From contig DASYKU010000066.1 of the NCBI GenBank assembly GCA_035995165.1, positions 1,575-65,574 of the forward strand: a stretch of DNA of 64,000 bases, in the 5' to 3' direction. The position numbers and the translations under genes were made by a program. The notes under the pieces are model-generated. The model was not told where the DNA came from, did no database searches, and was given only the letters and a program-made list of their open reading frames with translations. Source of the stretch: Mycobacteriales bacterium (GTDB lineage Bacteria; Actinomycetota; Actinomycetes; Mycobacteriales; CADCTP01). Of the stretch, positions 1 through 8,627 are shown in pieces. The number at the start of each line of letters is the position of its first letter. The stretch's first letter is position 1.

Positions 1-1
1 G

Positions 2-967
2 GATGGTCGTGAGGTCACCCCAGAACGCGTCCGACGGCGGCGGCGGGGGCGGCGGCGGCGGCGTCACCGCCCCGGTCGTCCGGACGGCCATCTCGAACAG
101 CGAGTAGCCGAAGGCGGTCCCGCGCGCGGTGCCGTTCATCCGGACGAACCGGCCGCTGCCGTTGACGGTCAGCGTCTGCGTCCCGCCGGCCCCGGTGGTG
201 GTGGAGAAGATCGTCGTGAACGGACCGGTCGCGGCGGGCGCGACCTGGATCTGGAACGACCGGGCGAACGCGGCCTCCCAGGTGAGCGTCACCCCGCAGA
301 CGGTCGCGGTCGCGCCCAGGTCGACCTGCACCCACTGCGGGTCGCCGAACGCGGAGGACCAGCGGGTGGTGCCGTTGCCGTCGAAGGCCGCGCTCGCGGG
401 GAACGTCGCGTTCTCCACGGTCGACGCGGTGGCCGGGTGCCCGAGCGCCGCGTTGGCCGTGCCGCAGGCCGCCGCCGCGGGCGTGCCGAAGACCTGGAAC
501 TCCCAGAGCGAGTAGCCGAACGCGGTCCCGCGCGCGGTCCCGTTCATCCGGACGAACCGGCCGGTCCCGCTCACGGCCAGGGTCTGGATGCCGCCGCCCC
601 CGGTGGTGGTGGAGAAGATCGTCGTGAACGGGCCGGTGGCCGACGAGGCGACCTGAATCTGGAACGAGCGCGCGAACGCGGCCTCCCAGTTCAGCGTGAC
701 CTGGTCGATCGTCGCGGTCGCGCCCAGGTCGACCTGCACCCACTGCGGGTCGGCGAACGCGCTGGCCCAGCGGGTGCCGGTGTTGCCGTCGACCGCGGCG
801 CTCGCCGGGAACGTCGCGTTCTCGGCGGACGAGGCGGTCGCGGCCTTGCCCTGGGACAGCAGCGCGCCGGCGGCGGCGGACCGCCCCGGGGTCACCGCGA
901 GGTACGCGACCAGCAGCAACAGGGCGGCGAGGATCGCGAGCGGCGTTCGCCGGTGAACGAGCGGCAT
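2..967 (-). CDS. Secreted protein with two tandem F5/8 type C (discoidin/CBM32-like) domains; 3' end runs off the window
   Basis: Not in the ORF track because there is no stop in the window. My minus-strand translation from ATG (967..965, GGAGAC upstream) gives a signal peptide, MPLVHRRTPLAILAALLLLVAYLAVTPGRSAAAG. Two copies of a discoidin pattern follow (ASS.ENATFPASAA.DGN..TRW.SAF.DPQWVQVDLGATAT..V.L.WEAAFARSFQIQVA...GPFTTIFSTTTG.GG.QTL.V.G.GRFVRMNGTARGTAFGYSL.E), then a poly-Pro linker. ORFs 15..1019(-), 129..515(+) and 696..956(+) are shadow frames. Confidence 0.75.
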   Translation of the reverse strand, partial: MPLVHRRTPLAILAALLLLVAYLAVTPGRSAAAGALLSQGKAATASSAENATFPASAAVDGNTGTRWASAFADPQWVQVDLGATATIDQVTLNWEAAFARSFQIQVASSATGPFTTIFSTTTGGGGIQTLAVSGTGRFVRMNGTARGTAFGYSLWEFQVFGTPAAAACGTANAALGHPATASTVENATFPASAAFDGNGTTRWSSAFGDPQWVQVDLGATATVCGVTLTWEAAFARSFQIQVAPAATGPFTTIFSTTTGAGGTQTLTVNGSGRFVRMNGTARGTAFGYSLFEMAVRTTGAVTPPPPPPPPPSDAFWGDLTTI

Positions 968-1080
968 GGCAGGGTCTCCTGACGCTGCCTGGCGCCGCCG
1001 GCCCGCAGTGCGGGCTCACCAGGGACTGGGACGGACTGGGAACGTTCCCAGTCGAGGGTCGGGCACGCGGATGGCCTCCG

Positions 1081-1572
1081 TCAACCGCCCGTTCGGGTGC
1101 CCTCGGGCTGGACCGGGCGGGGGTCGCCGCGAAGGATGGCGTAGCCGAGGGCGTCCATCGGCGGCCCGCCCGGCACCGGCCAGCCCTGCCGGTAGCGGGC
1201 CTCCTGGGTGTAGCCGCAGCGGGTCAGCACCCGCTGCATCGCCTCGTTGTCCGCCCGGGTGGTCGCCTCGATGCGGTTCTCCGCCGGCAGCGCGGCGAAG
1301 ACCCAGTCGGTCAGCCAGCGCACCGCGGCCGTCCCGATCCCCTTCCCCCGGTACGCCGCCCGCAGCCGCAGGTCGAACATCGGCCCGCCGTCGAGGTCGT
1401 ACAGCCGCAGCACGCCGGTGCGGGCGCCGCCGGCAGTCACCCAGAAGGTCCGGATGCCCGGGCCGGCCCACCGGACGGCGTCCCCGCCGCCCGGGTGGAA
1501 GGGCCATTCCTCGTCCCGGACCAGCGCGATCACGGCCTCGACGTCGTCGGCGGGCGGGAAGTCGATGTCCAC
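1081..1572 (-). CDS. GNAT family N-acetyltransferase
   Basis: 163 aa. Acetyl-CoA binding core RAAYRGKGIGTAAVRWLTDWVF and RIEATTRADNEAMQRVLTRCGY, typical of RimJ/RimL-like GNATs. Confidence 0.85.
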   Translation of the reverse strand: MDIDFPPADDVEAVIALVRDEEWPFHPGGGDAVRWAGPGIRTFWVTAGGARTGVLRLYDLDGGPMFDLRLRAAYRGKGIGTAAVRWLTDWVFAALPAENRIEATTRADNEAMQRVLTRCGYTQEARYRQGWPVPGGPPMDALGYAILRGDPRPVQPEGTRTGG

Positions 1573-1697
1573 TACGCGACGCTAGCCAGGGCGGCAACCG
1601 GGTTCGCGGAAACCGCGGCCCCCAACTTTTAGGGAGCGCATCGCTGCGGCTCTTCCCGTACTAATGGGGAGCTTCCGACTTGCTGAGGACTCTGACG

Positions 1698-2267
1698 ATG
1701 ACGCCCCGAACTGCTGCCCTGGTCGCCGTGCTCGCCGCCGCCGGAATCGCCGTCTCCGGGTGCGGAGGCGGTGGCAACCCGAACGCCGCTCCGCAGAGCC
1801 CGACGCTGCCGACCGCCTCCTCGCTGAACTCGCCCCGGCCCGCGGTCTCGGTCGCGCCGTCGAACGCCCCGTCCGCGGGCGCCTCCGCCACCTCCGCCGC
1901 CGGGGCCACCGGCGACGACAAGGGCGGCGCCAGTGGCGGGAAGGGCTCCGACGACAGCGCGCTGCCGACCCCGAACGGCAACAGCGGCCTCGGCTCGCTG
2001 CCGCCCGGCTTCCCGCTGCCGGAGGGCACCACGCTCGGCCGGATCGCGGTCCGCTCCAGCGACATCACCGCTCCGCTGGAGGTTCCGGACGGCGACCGGG
2101 CCGCGGCCTTCTGGAAGACGCAGCTGCCGGCCGCGGGCTACAAGTTCCTCGGCTCGACCGTGTCGAAGGCGTTCGGCGAGATCAAGTTCACCGGCAAGGG
2201 CTGCATCGCGGGCAGCGACATCACTGTCAGCGGGGAGCACGTCGCCTTCCTCTGCCGCCGCGCCTGA
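1698..2267 (+). CDS. Lipoprotein of unknown function (paralogue of 2424..2921)
   Basis: ATG at 1698 gives MTPRTAALVAVLAAAGIAVSGC, a signal peptide with a lipobox Cys. C-terminal LPPGFPLPEGTT...FWKTQLPAAGYKF...GEIKFTGKGCIAGS is shared with the next gene. Confidence 0.7.
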   Translation: MTPRTAALVAVLAAAGIAVSGCGGGGNPNAAPQSPTLPTASSLNSPRPAVSVAPSNAPSAGASATSAAGATGDDKGGASGGKGSDDSALPTPNGNSGLGSLPPGFPLPEGTTLGRIAVRSSDITAPLEVPDGDRAAAFWKTQLPAAGYKFLGSTVSKAFGEIKFTGKGCIAGSDITVSGEHVAFLCRRA

Positions 2268-2285
2268 TACCTGGGGATAGGGGCC

Positions 2286-2399
2286 TCGCCGGACCTGTCC
2301 TCGTCTCCGATCCGGCCGTCGGGACCGCCGGGACCCCGGCGGTCGCCGGACCTGTCCTCGTCTCCGATCCGGCCGTCCGACGCCGGGACCCCGGCGGTC
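2286..2399. repeat. Two tandem copies of a roughly 57-bp unit in the spacer between the paralogous lipoprotein genes
   Basis: TCGCCGGACCTGTCCTCGTCTCCGATCCGGCCGTC occurs at 2286 and again at 2343. Each copy is followed by a ...GCCGGGACCCCGGCGG tail. Confidence 0.85.
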
Positions 2400-2423
2400 C
2401 CGACGGTCGCCGGACCGGGTTGG

Positions 2424-2921
2424 ATGGACGCCGTGGACTCCCCGCGTCTCGTCCGTCCGGCCGCGCTGGCCGGCCTCGCCGTGGCCGCGGCCCTGCTGGC
2501 CGGCTGCGGCGACGGCGGCAGCACGACCGCCGCTCCCCCGCCGGCCGGCCCGACCGCGGCCGTGCCCACCACGGTGGCGCCGACGCGGACGGCGGGCGTG
2601 CCCGGCGGCGCGATCACCAGCCCGCCCGCGGCCGGCGCCGGCGAGGCCGGCCTGCTGCCGGCCGGCTTCCCGATCCCGCCCGGCACCAAGGTCGGCCCGG
2701 TCTCGCTGGCCGGCGGCTCGACCACCACGACCCTCACCGTCGGCGAGGGCAAGGCCGGCTACGACTACTGGCGGCAGCAGCTGCCCGCGGCCGGGTACGC
2801 GATCGCGAAGGCCGAGATGGTCGGCGGGATCGGCGAGATCACCTTCAGCGGCAACGGGTGCGCGTCCGGCAGCCAGCTCGGCATCAGCGACCAGAACGTC
2901 ACCCTGGAATGCAGGCGCTGA
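2424..2921 (+). CDS. Lipoprotein of unknown function (paralogue of 1698..2267)
   Basis: MDAVDSPRLVRPAALAGLAVAAALLAGCGDGG carries a lipobox. C-terminal LPAGFPIPPGTK...YWRQQLPAAGYAI...GEITFSGNGCASGS aligns with the upstream gene. Confidence 0.7.
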   Translation: MDAVDSPRLVRPAALAGLAVAAALLAGCGDGGSTTAAPPPAGPTAAVPTTVAPTRTAGVPGGAITSPPAAGAGEAGLLPAGFPIPPGTKVGPVSLAGGSTTTTLTVGEGKAGYDYWRQQLPAAGYAIAKAEMVGGIGEITFSGNGCASGSQLGISDQNVTLECRR

Positions 2922-3527
2922 TCAGCGCGGGACGATCAGGTCGGCGGCGGCGCGGCCGCGGGTGACCAGGCGGGCGTTCGGCCCGTCCACCGAGTCGATC
3001 CAGGCCCGGGCCGCGGCCGGCTCCTTGCCGAAGGCGACGTGCCGGGCCACCAGCCGCTCCAGCCGTACGGGCTCGGCGGTCTCGACGTACCAGACCTCGG
3101 TCAGCGCCTGTCGGACCTGCGTCCACGGCTCCTCGTCGACCAGCAGGTAGTTGCCCTCGGTGACGATCAGCCGGACGGCCGGGTCGACCGCGAGGGCGCC
3201 GGCGATCGGCTGCTCCAGATCCCGCTCGAAGTCCGGCGCGTAGACCGGGTGCCCGGTCTCGGCGGCGAGCCGCCGCAGCAGCGCGAGGTAGCCCCAGCCG
3301 TCGAACGTCTCCGGCGCCCCCTTGCGCGACCGGAGCCCGAGCCGGTCCAGCGCCGCGTCGGCGAGGTGGAACCCGTCCATCGGCACCCAGGCCGCGGCCG
3401 GCCCGACCGCGGCGACGAGCTCGGCCGCGAGCGTCGACTTCCCGGCCCCGGGCGCCCCGGCGATCCCGAGCAGGGCCCGCCCGGACCGGGACAACGCGAG
3501 CGCCCGCTCGACCAGCCCGCCGTCCAT
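2922..3527 (-). CDS. P-loop nucleoside/nucleotide kinase family protein (uridine/pantothenate kinase-like)
   Basis: 201 aa. Walker A GIAGAPGAGKSTLA near the N-terminus, and overall similarity to the FrcK/Udk-like kinase family. Confidence 0.7.
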   Translation of the reverse strand: MDGGLVERALALSRSGRALLGIAGAPGAGKSTLAAELVAAVGPAAAWVPMDGFHLADAALDRLGLRSRKGAPETFDGWGYLALLRRLAAETGHPVYAPDFERDLEQPIAGALAVDPAVRLIVTEGNYLLVDEEPWTQVRQALTEVWYVETAEPVRLERLVARHVAFGKEPAAARAWIDSVDGPNARLVTRGRAAADLIVPR

Positions 3528-3548
3528 GCGGCCACCGTAGAGCGGTGG

Positions 3549-4019
3549 TCAGCGCCAGTCGCGCGGCCCCCGGCGCGGACCGTGCCCCCACGCCCGCCGG
3601 CCCAGCCCGAACCAGAACAGCAGCACGAACGGGAAGATCGGGAAGCGCAGCAGCGCGCTGGCCACGATCGCCACCACGATGACCAGCAGGAAGACCGGCG
3701 CCATGCCGACGCCGGAGCGCCGCGGCCGTTCCCGCGCCACCCGCCCGTCGTACCAGCCCGAGGGCAGATGGGGCTGGGCCAGGCTCGGCCGGAACGGGGC
3801 CGGCTCCGGCAGGTCGCCGAACAGGCCGTGCAGGTCGACCCGGGTCCGGGACGCGTACGCCGCCTGCACGCGGGTGTCGTACTCGTCCTGGTCGAGCCGG
3901 CCGGCGGCGAAGTGCTCGCCCAACGCGCCGACGGCCGTCTGGCGCTCGGCGTCGCCGACCCGCAGCAGGTGGGCGGGCAGGGGTTGCTCCGGTACGGGTT
4001 CCGGGAGTGCGTCGCTCAT
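3549..4019 (-). CDS. DUF1707 domain membrane protein
   Basis: Internal ATG at 4019, preceded by GGAG. LRVGDAERQTAVGALGEHFAAGRLDQDEYDTRVQAAY is the DUF1707 signature. A C-terminal hydrophobic segment follows. Confidence 0.7.
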   Translation of the reverse strand: MSDALPEPVPEQPLPAHLLRVGDAERQTAVGALGEHFAAGRLDQDEYDTRVQAAYASRTRVDLHGLFGDLPEPAPFRPSLAQPHLPSGWYDGRVARERPRRSGVGMAPVFLLVIVVAIVASALLRFPIFPFVLLFWFGLGRRAWGHGPRRGPRDWR

Positions 4020-4141
4020 CGGGGCTCCGGCTGTAACGAGGTAATCCGTCACCAGGTCCAACGACCCGATCATGCGCCCTGTGCCCGTTCCCGCCTACCA
4101 CATCGGCGGTATCCGCCCTCAGCACCTGAACGTAGGGAGGA

Positions 4142-4774
4142 CTACGGCGCGGAGCAGTAGAGGAAGACCTGGCGTTCGGCGGGGAGTTCGGCGGAGGCGG
4201 GTTCGAACTCCTCGACGTCGACCTCGAGCACGTGCAGCCCCTCGGCCCGGACCGCCCCCTCCAGGTCCGCCTGCGGGTACGCGGTGACCGACAGCTCCTG
4301 CCCCAGGAACGGCAGCGGCGCGTAGTCGAAGTCGCCCTCGACCATCCCGATCGCGACCACGCCGCCGGGCTGCAGCACCGACCGGACCCGGCGCAGCACC
4401 CGCGGGATGCCCTCCCGCCGCAGCATGAGCAGCGAGAAGAACGCGCAGACCGCGTCGAACCGGCCGAGCGAGTCGTCCAGGTCGAGCACGTCCATGGCCA
4501 CGAACCGGCCGGTCGGCACGTTGCGCCGGGCCAGCGCCAGCATCTCGGTGGAGACGTCGACGCCGACCACCTCCAGGCCGGTCTCGGCCAGCATGCCCGC
4601 GGTCGGGACGCCGGTACCGCAGCCGAGGTCGAGCACCCGGGCCCCGGGCCTGAGCCGGTCGATCACCCACTGGGTGGCGATGATCTGCCCCGACTTGTGC
4701 GGGAAGACGTCGTCGTACCGCTCCCCGATGGCGTCGAAGGCCGCTGCCTGGCGGCGCGTCTCGGCGGAGAACAC
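4142..4774 (-). CDS. Class I SAM-dependent methyltransferase
   Basis: 210 aa. Motif I VLDLGCGTGVPT and post-I VVGVDVS. Confidence 0.85.
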   Translation of the reverse strand: MFSAETRRQAAAFDAIGERYDDVFPHKSGQIIATQWVIDRLRPGARVLDLGCGTGVPTAGMLAETGLEVVGVDVSTEMLALARRNVPTGRFVAMDVLDLDDSLGRFDAVCAFFSLLMLRREGIPRVLRRVRSVLQPGGVVAIGMVEGDFDYAPLPFLGQELSVTAYPQADLEGAVRAEGLHVLEVDVEEFEPASAELPAERQVFLYCSAP

Positions 4775-4817
4775 GTCGTCCCTCCCTCAGCCCGGCCTGC
4801 ACGTCGAGTTGATCATG

Positions 4818-6770
4818 TCAGGACAGGTACCGGGACCACCAGTCGAGCACGGCGTCGAAGCGGGCCAGCCGATGACTGGGCAGCCCGGACCGGCTCAGCT
4901 CGTGCCCCTCCCCCGGGAACAACAGCAGCTCGGCCGGGACTCCGCGCATCCGCAGCGCCACGTACAGTCGCTGGCCCTGCTCGACCGGGCACCGCCAGTC
5001 GTGCTCGGAGTGGATGATCAGCACCGGCATGTCGATCTTGTCCGCGTACGTCAGCGGGCTCTGCTCGGCGATCGCGGCCGGGTCGGTCCCGACGTACTCG
5101 GGGGCGAAGGTGAAGCCGATGTCGCTGGAGCCCAGGAACGAGTCCCAGGCGGTGACGGCCCGCTCCACGATCGCGGCCCTGAACCGCTCGCCGACGTGGC
5201 CGATCAGCCAGCTGGTCATGAACCCGCCGTACGACCCGCCCATGACGCCGACCTTGGACGGGTCCGCGGCCTCGTCGGTGAGCGCCGCGTCCAGCAGCGC
5301 GAGCAGGTCGTCGGCGTCGACGGTGCCCATCCGGTGCCGGATCGCGCGGGCGTGGTCCTCGCCGTAGCCGGCCGCGCCGCGGGGGTTGCCGAGCACGACC
5401 AGGTAGCCGGCGTCCGCGTAGACCTGGGCCTCGTCGAAGAGCGTGTAGCCGTACTGCGCGTGCGGGCCGCCGTGGATGGCCAGCAGCACCGGGCGCCGGC
5501 CCGGGTACCGCTCGGGGTCGGGGTGCACCAGCCAGCCGTGCACGGGGTAGTCGTCCGGCGCGGTGGTGGTCAGCTCCCGCAGCGGGCGCAGGTTCGCGGC
5601 GGCGGTGAGCTCGGCCCCGAATGCGGTCAGCGGCTCGTCCCGGCCGACCTTGTGGAGCTCGCCGGCGCTGGTCGCCTCGGCCGCGGTGACCACGATCGTC
5701 CCGCCGGCGATCGCGGCGGCCGTGCCGGTGACGGCGCCGCCGAAGACGACCTCCGGCTCGCCACCGGCCAGTGGGACCCGGACCAGCTCCTGAGCCCCGC
5801 GGTTGCGGGTCAGCGCGAGCAGGGAGTCGCCGTCGCGCAGCAGCTGGTCGCCGCCGCCGCTCGGCTGGAGGTCGGTCTCCGGGCCGGTGAGCCGGGTCGG
5901 CGCGGCCGAGCCGTCGGCCGGGACCGACCAGACCGCGCCGTGGCGGCCGATGAAGTCGCTGCCGGTCGGGCCGAGGTCGGTGGTGGCCAGGAAGTAGACG
6001 GTGCCGCCGTCGGCGGAGGCGACCGGGCAGCCGGCGTCCTGGCCGCCGCGGGTCAGCTTGCGCAGGCCGGAGCCGTCGGCTGCACAGCCGTACACATCCC
6101 AGTGCAGGTTGGTGTCCACGGGTGTGTCGCGGTCGCTGGAGAACAGCAGGCCGCCGTCCGGCGCCCAGCCGACGTGCGTGTCCTCGCACTCGCCGTCGGT
6201 CACCTGCACCGGCGCCGGTTCGTCCGCGAACGGGTCGAGCACGAACACGTGCGGCTGCCGGTCCAGCAGCCAGCCGATGCCGTCCTCCTTCGCCCGCAGC
6301 CGGGTGATGCGGCGCGGCGGCTCCTTCTCGGGGCCGCGGTCCTTGTCGGTCCCGTACCGACCCTGCTCCGGGACGCGGGCCGAGTACGCCAGCCGGGTCG
6401 AGTCCGGGCTCCACCGCGGCGCGCCGGCGCCGAGCGGGTGGTGCTCGTCGGTGGTGACCGGGCGGGCGTCGCCGAGCTCGGCCGGCAGCAGGTGCAGCTG
6501 CGGCTTGCCCTCCTCGCCGGCCCGCAGGAACGCGATCCAGCGGCCGTCCGGCGACCAGACCGGGGAGCTGTCCTTCGGGCCCTCGGTCAGCCGCCGCGGC
6601 GGGGTCGCGCCGGTCGTGTCGACCAGCCAGAGCTGGGATCGGTAGTCGTCGGCGTCGAGGTCGGCCCGGGTCACGGCGAGCACAGCCCGCGTCCCGTCCG
6701 GGGAGAGGGTCGGCGCGCCGGGCAGCCGGAGCAGGGCGAGGTCGGCAGGCTTCACGATCCGACCGTACAA
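4818..6770 (-). CDS. S9 family serine peptidase (prolyl oligopeptidase / acylaminoacyl peptidase type)
   Basis: About 650 aa. An N-terminal beta-propeller region (SPDG repeats) precedes a C-terminal alpha/beta hydrolase with the nucleophile motif GGSYGGFM. The start is TTG 6770 or GTG 6755. Confidence 0.85.
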   Translation of the reverse strand: MYGRIVKPADLALLRLPGAPTLSPDGTRAVLAVTRADLDADDYRSQLWLVDTTGATPPRRLTEGPKDSSPVWSPDGRWIAFLRAGEEGKPQLHLLPAELGDARPVTTDEHHPLGAGAPRWSPDSTRLAYSARVPEQGRYGTDKDRGPEKEPPRRITRLRAKEDGIGWLLDRQPHVFVLDPFADEPAPVQVTDGECEDTHVGWAPDGGLLFSSDRDTPVDTNLHWDVYGCAADGSGLRKLTRGGQDAGCPVASADGGTVYFLATTDLGPTGSDFIGRHGAVWSVPADGSAAPTRLTGPETDLQPSGGGDQLLRDGDSLLALTRNRGAQELVRVPLAGGEPEVVFGGAVTGTAAAIAGGTIVVTAAEATSAGELHKVGRDEPLTAFGAELTAAANLRPLRELTTTAPDDYPVHGWLVHPDPERYPGRRPVLLAIHGGPHAQYGYTLFDEAQVYADAGYLVVLGNPRGAAGYGEDHARAIRHRMGTVDADDLLALLDAALTDEAADPSKVGVMGGSYGGFMTSWLIGHVGERFRAAIVERAVTAWDSFLGSSDIGFTFAPEYVGTDPAAIAEQSPLTYADKIDMPVLIIHSEHDWRCPVEQGQRLYVALRMRGVPAELLLFPGEGHELSRSGLPSHRLARFDAVLDWWSRYLS

Positions 6771-6792
6771 CCGCGGGCGAACGGCCTTCCCG

Positions 6793-7095
6793 TCAGCCGA
6801 TGTCGCTGTAGTGCTCCACCGCGGGCGGCTGGGCGAAGTGCGGCCCGATGCCGGCCCGCCAGCGCGGGAACCGCTCGGAGGCGCGGAAGTTCTGCTCGTG
6901 CGCCTCGACCGACTCCCACTCCACCATCAGCGTGAACCGGCTCGGCGACTCGATCCCGCGCACCAGCCGCATGCTCAGGCACCCGGGCGTGTCCGCCACC
7001 TCGTGCTTCACCGACGCGTACGCCTGCTCGAAGGCATCCTCCGAGCCGGGCGTGATCTCCAGAACCGCGATCTCCAGCACCACAGGCAGATCCAA
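6793..7095 (-). CDS. Antibiotic biosynthesis monooxygenase (ABM) family protein
   Basis: 100 aa with a ferredoxin-like ABM pattern: LEITPGSEDAFEQAY...RFTLMVEWESVEAHEQNF. Confidence 0.75.
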   Translation of the reverse strand: MDLPVVLEIAVLEITPGSEDAFEQAYASVKHEVADTPGCLSMRLVRGIESPSRFTLMVEWESVEAHEQNFRASERFPRWRAGIGPHFAQPPAVEHYSDIG

Positions 7096-7105
7096 TCATG
7101 GTGAG

Positions 7106-8323
7106 ATGCCTGCCGTGCGCACCCTCTTCGCCCACGGTCAGGTCTTCGACGGCACCGGGTCGCCGCCCGCCGGTGCGGACGTCGTGGTGGAGGACGGCCG
7201 GATCGTCGACGTCGGGCCCGGGCTCGACGGCGACGAGCTGGTCGACTGCACCGGCACGACGCTGCTGCCCGGCCTGGTCGACTGCCACGTGCATCTGCTC
7301 TTCAGCGGGGCCCATCCGATGAAGACGCTGCAGACACCGTTCTCGTACCCGTATTTCGAGGCGGTCCGGAACCTGCGGGCCACGCTCGACCTCGGCATCA
7401 CCACCGTCCGCGACGCCGGCGGGGCCGACCTCGGGGTCAAGGAGGCGGTCGCGGCCGGGCTCGTGCCCGGGCCGCGGGTGCTCATCGCGGTGAGCATGCT
7501 CAGCCAGACCGGCGGGCACGGTGACGGCTGGTACCCCTCGGGCTGCTCGGTGCCGCTGGTCCAGCCGCACCCGGGCCGGCCGAACACGGTCGTCGACGGG
7601 CCGGAAGAGATCCGCAGATGCGTCCGGGCCCTGGTCCGGGCCGGGGCGGACGTGATCAAGGTCGCCACCAGCGGCGGCGTGCTCTCGGCCCGGGACGACC
7701 CGCGGCACGGCCACTTCCGGGACGAGGAGGTGGCGATGATGGTGCACGAGGCCGAGGCCGCCGGGATCACGGTCATGGCGCACGCGCAGGCGACCGAGGG
7801 GATCAAGACCGCCGTACGCAACGGGGTCCGGTCGATCGAGCACGGGATCTACCTCGACGACGAGGCGATCGAGATGATGCTCGACTGGGGTACCTGGCTG
7901 GTGCCGACGCTGGCGGCGCCGCGGGCGGTGCTGGACATGGCCGCGTCCGGGGTGCAGTACCCGGACGCCGTGCTGGCCAAGGCGCGGATGGTGCTGGAGG
8001 AGCACACGACGTCCGTACGGCGGGCGATCGCGGCCGGGGTGACGGTGGCGATGGGGACCGACTCCGGGGTCGGGCCGCACGGTCACAACCTCACCGAGCT
8101 GCAGCTGCTGGTCGACTGCGGGATGACGCCGGCGCAGGCGCTGCACGCGGCGACCCAGTCCGCGACCGAGCTGCTGGACGTGGCCGACGACCGGGGCACG
8201 ATCGCGCCCGGGCAGCGGGCCGACCTGGTCGTGGTCGACGGCGACGCGCTCGAGGTCGGCACGCTCGGCGACCGGATCCGCGCCGTCTACCAGGACGGCA
8301 CCCTCGTCTCCGGAACACCATGA
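7106..8323 (+). CDS. Amidohydrolase family metallo-hydrolase
   Basis: ATG at 7106 inside track ORF 6848..8323. N-terminal VVVEDGRIVDVG...LLPGLVDCHVHL carries the HxH metal motif. VMAHA and GTDSG motifs occur later. Confidence 0.85.
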   Translation: MPAVRTLFAHGQVFDGTGSPPAGADVVVEDGRIVDVGPGLDGDELVDCTGTTLLPGLVDCHVHLLFSGAHPMKTLQTPFSYPYFEAVRNLRATLDLGITTVRDAGGADLGVKEAVAAGLVPGPRVLIAVSMLSQTGGHGDGWYPSGCSVPLVQPHPGRPNTVVDGPEEIRRCVRALVRAGADVIKVATSGGVLSARDDPRHGHFRDEEVAMMVHEAEAAGITVMAHAQATEGIKTAVRNGVRSIEHGIYLDDEAIEMMLDWGTWLVPTLAAPRAVLDMAASGVQYPDAVLAKARMVLEEHTTSVRRAIAAGVTVAMGTDSGVGPHGHNLTELQLLVDCGMTPAQALHAATQSATELLDVADDRGTIAPGQRADLVVVDGDALEVGTLGDRIRAVYQDGTLVSGTP

Positions 8324-8336
8324 CCGGCCCGCCGGA

Positions 8337-8512
8337 CCGCGGGCGTCCGGCCTGCCGGCCGCGGGCGTCCGGCCGCGGACGTCTGGCCTGCCGGCCGCGG
8401 GCGTCCGGCCGCGGGCTTCCGGCCTGCCGGGCCGCGGGCGTCCGGGCCGCCGACCGCGGGCGTCCGGCCCGCCGGGCCGCGGGCGTCCGGCCCGCCGACC
8501 GCGGGCGTCCTG
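8337..8512. repeat. GC-rich tandem repeat array (core CCGCGGGCGTCCGG, about 9-10 copies with alternating short spacers)
   Basis: Read directly in the convergent intergenic region between the amidohydrolase stop (8323) and the TerC stop (8628). Confidence 0.85.
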
Positions 8513-8627
8513 CGAATCCCTGCGCGCAGGCGTCCGGCCGAGCTGCGGACGCAGGTCCCGGCCGCGGACGTGATCCGCCGAGCGGCGGGAGAGCGCGGCG
8601 CGGACTCGGCCCGCGCGCCGCGGGCGG

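Noticed and set aside
8337-8512. Possible CRISPR-like array or small gene in the terC downstream region
   Set aside because: The intervening segments are 7-9 bp and are themselves repeated, so they are not spacers. The translations are low-complexity Arg/Ala/Gly/Pro strings.
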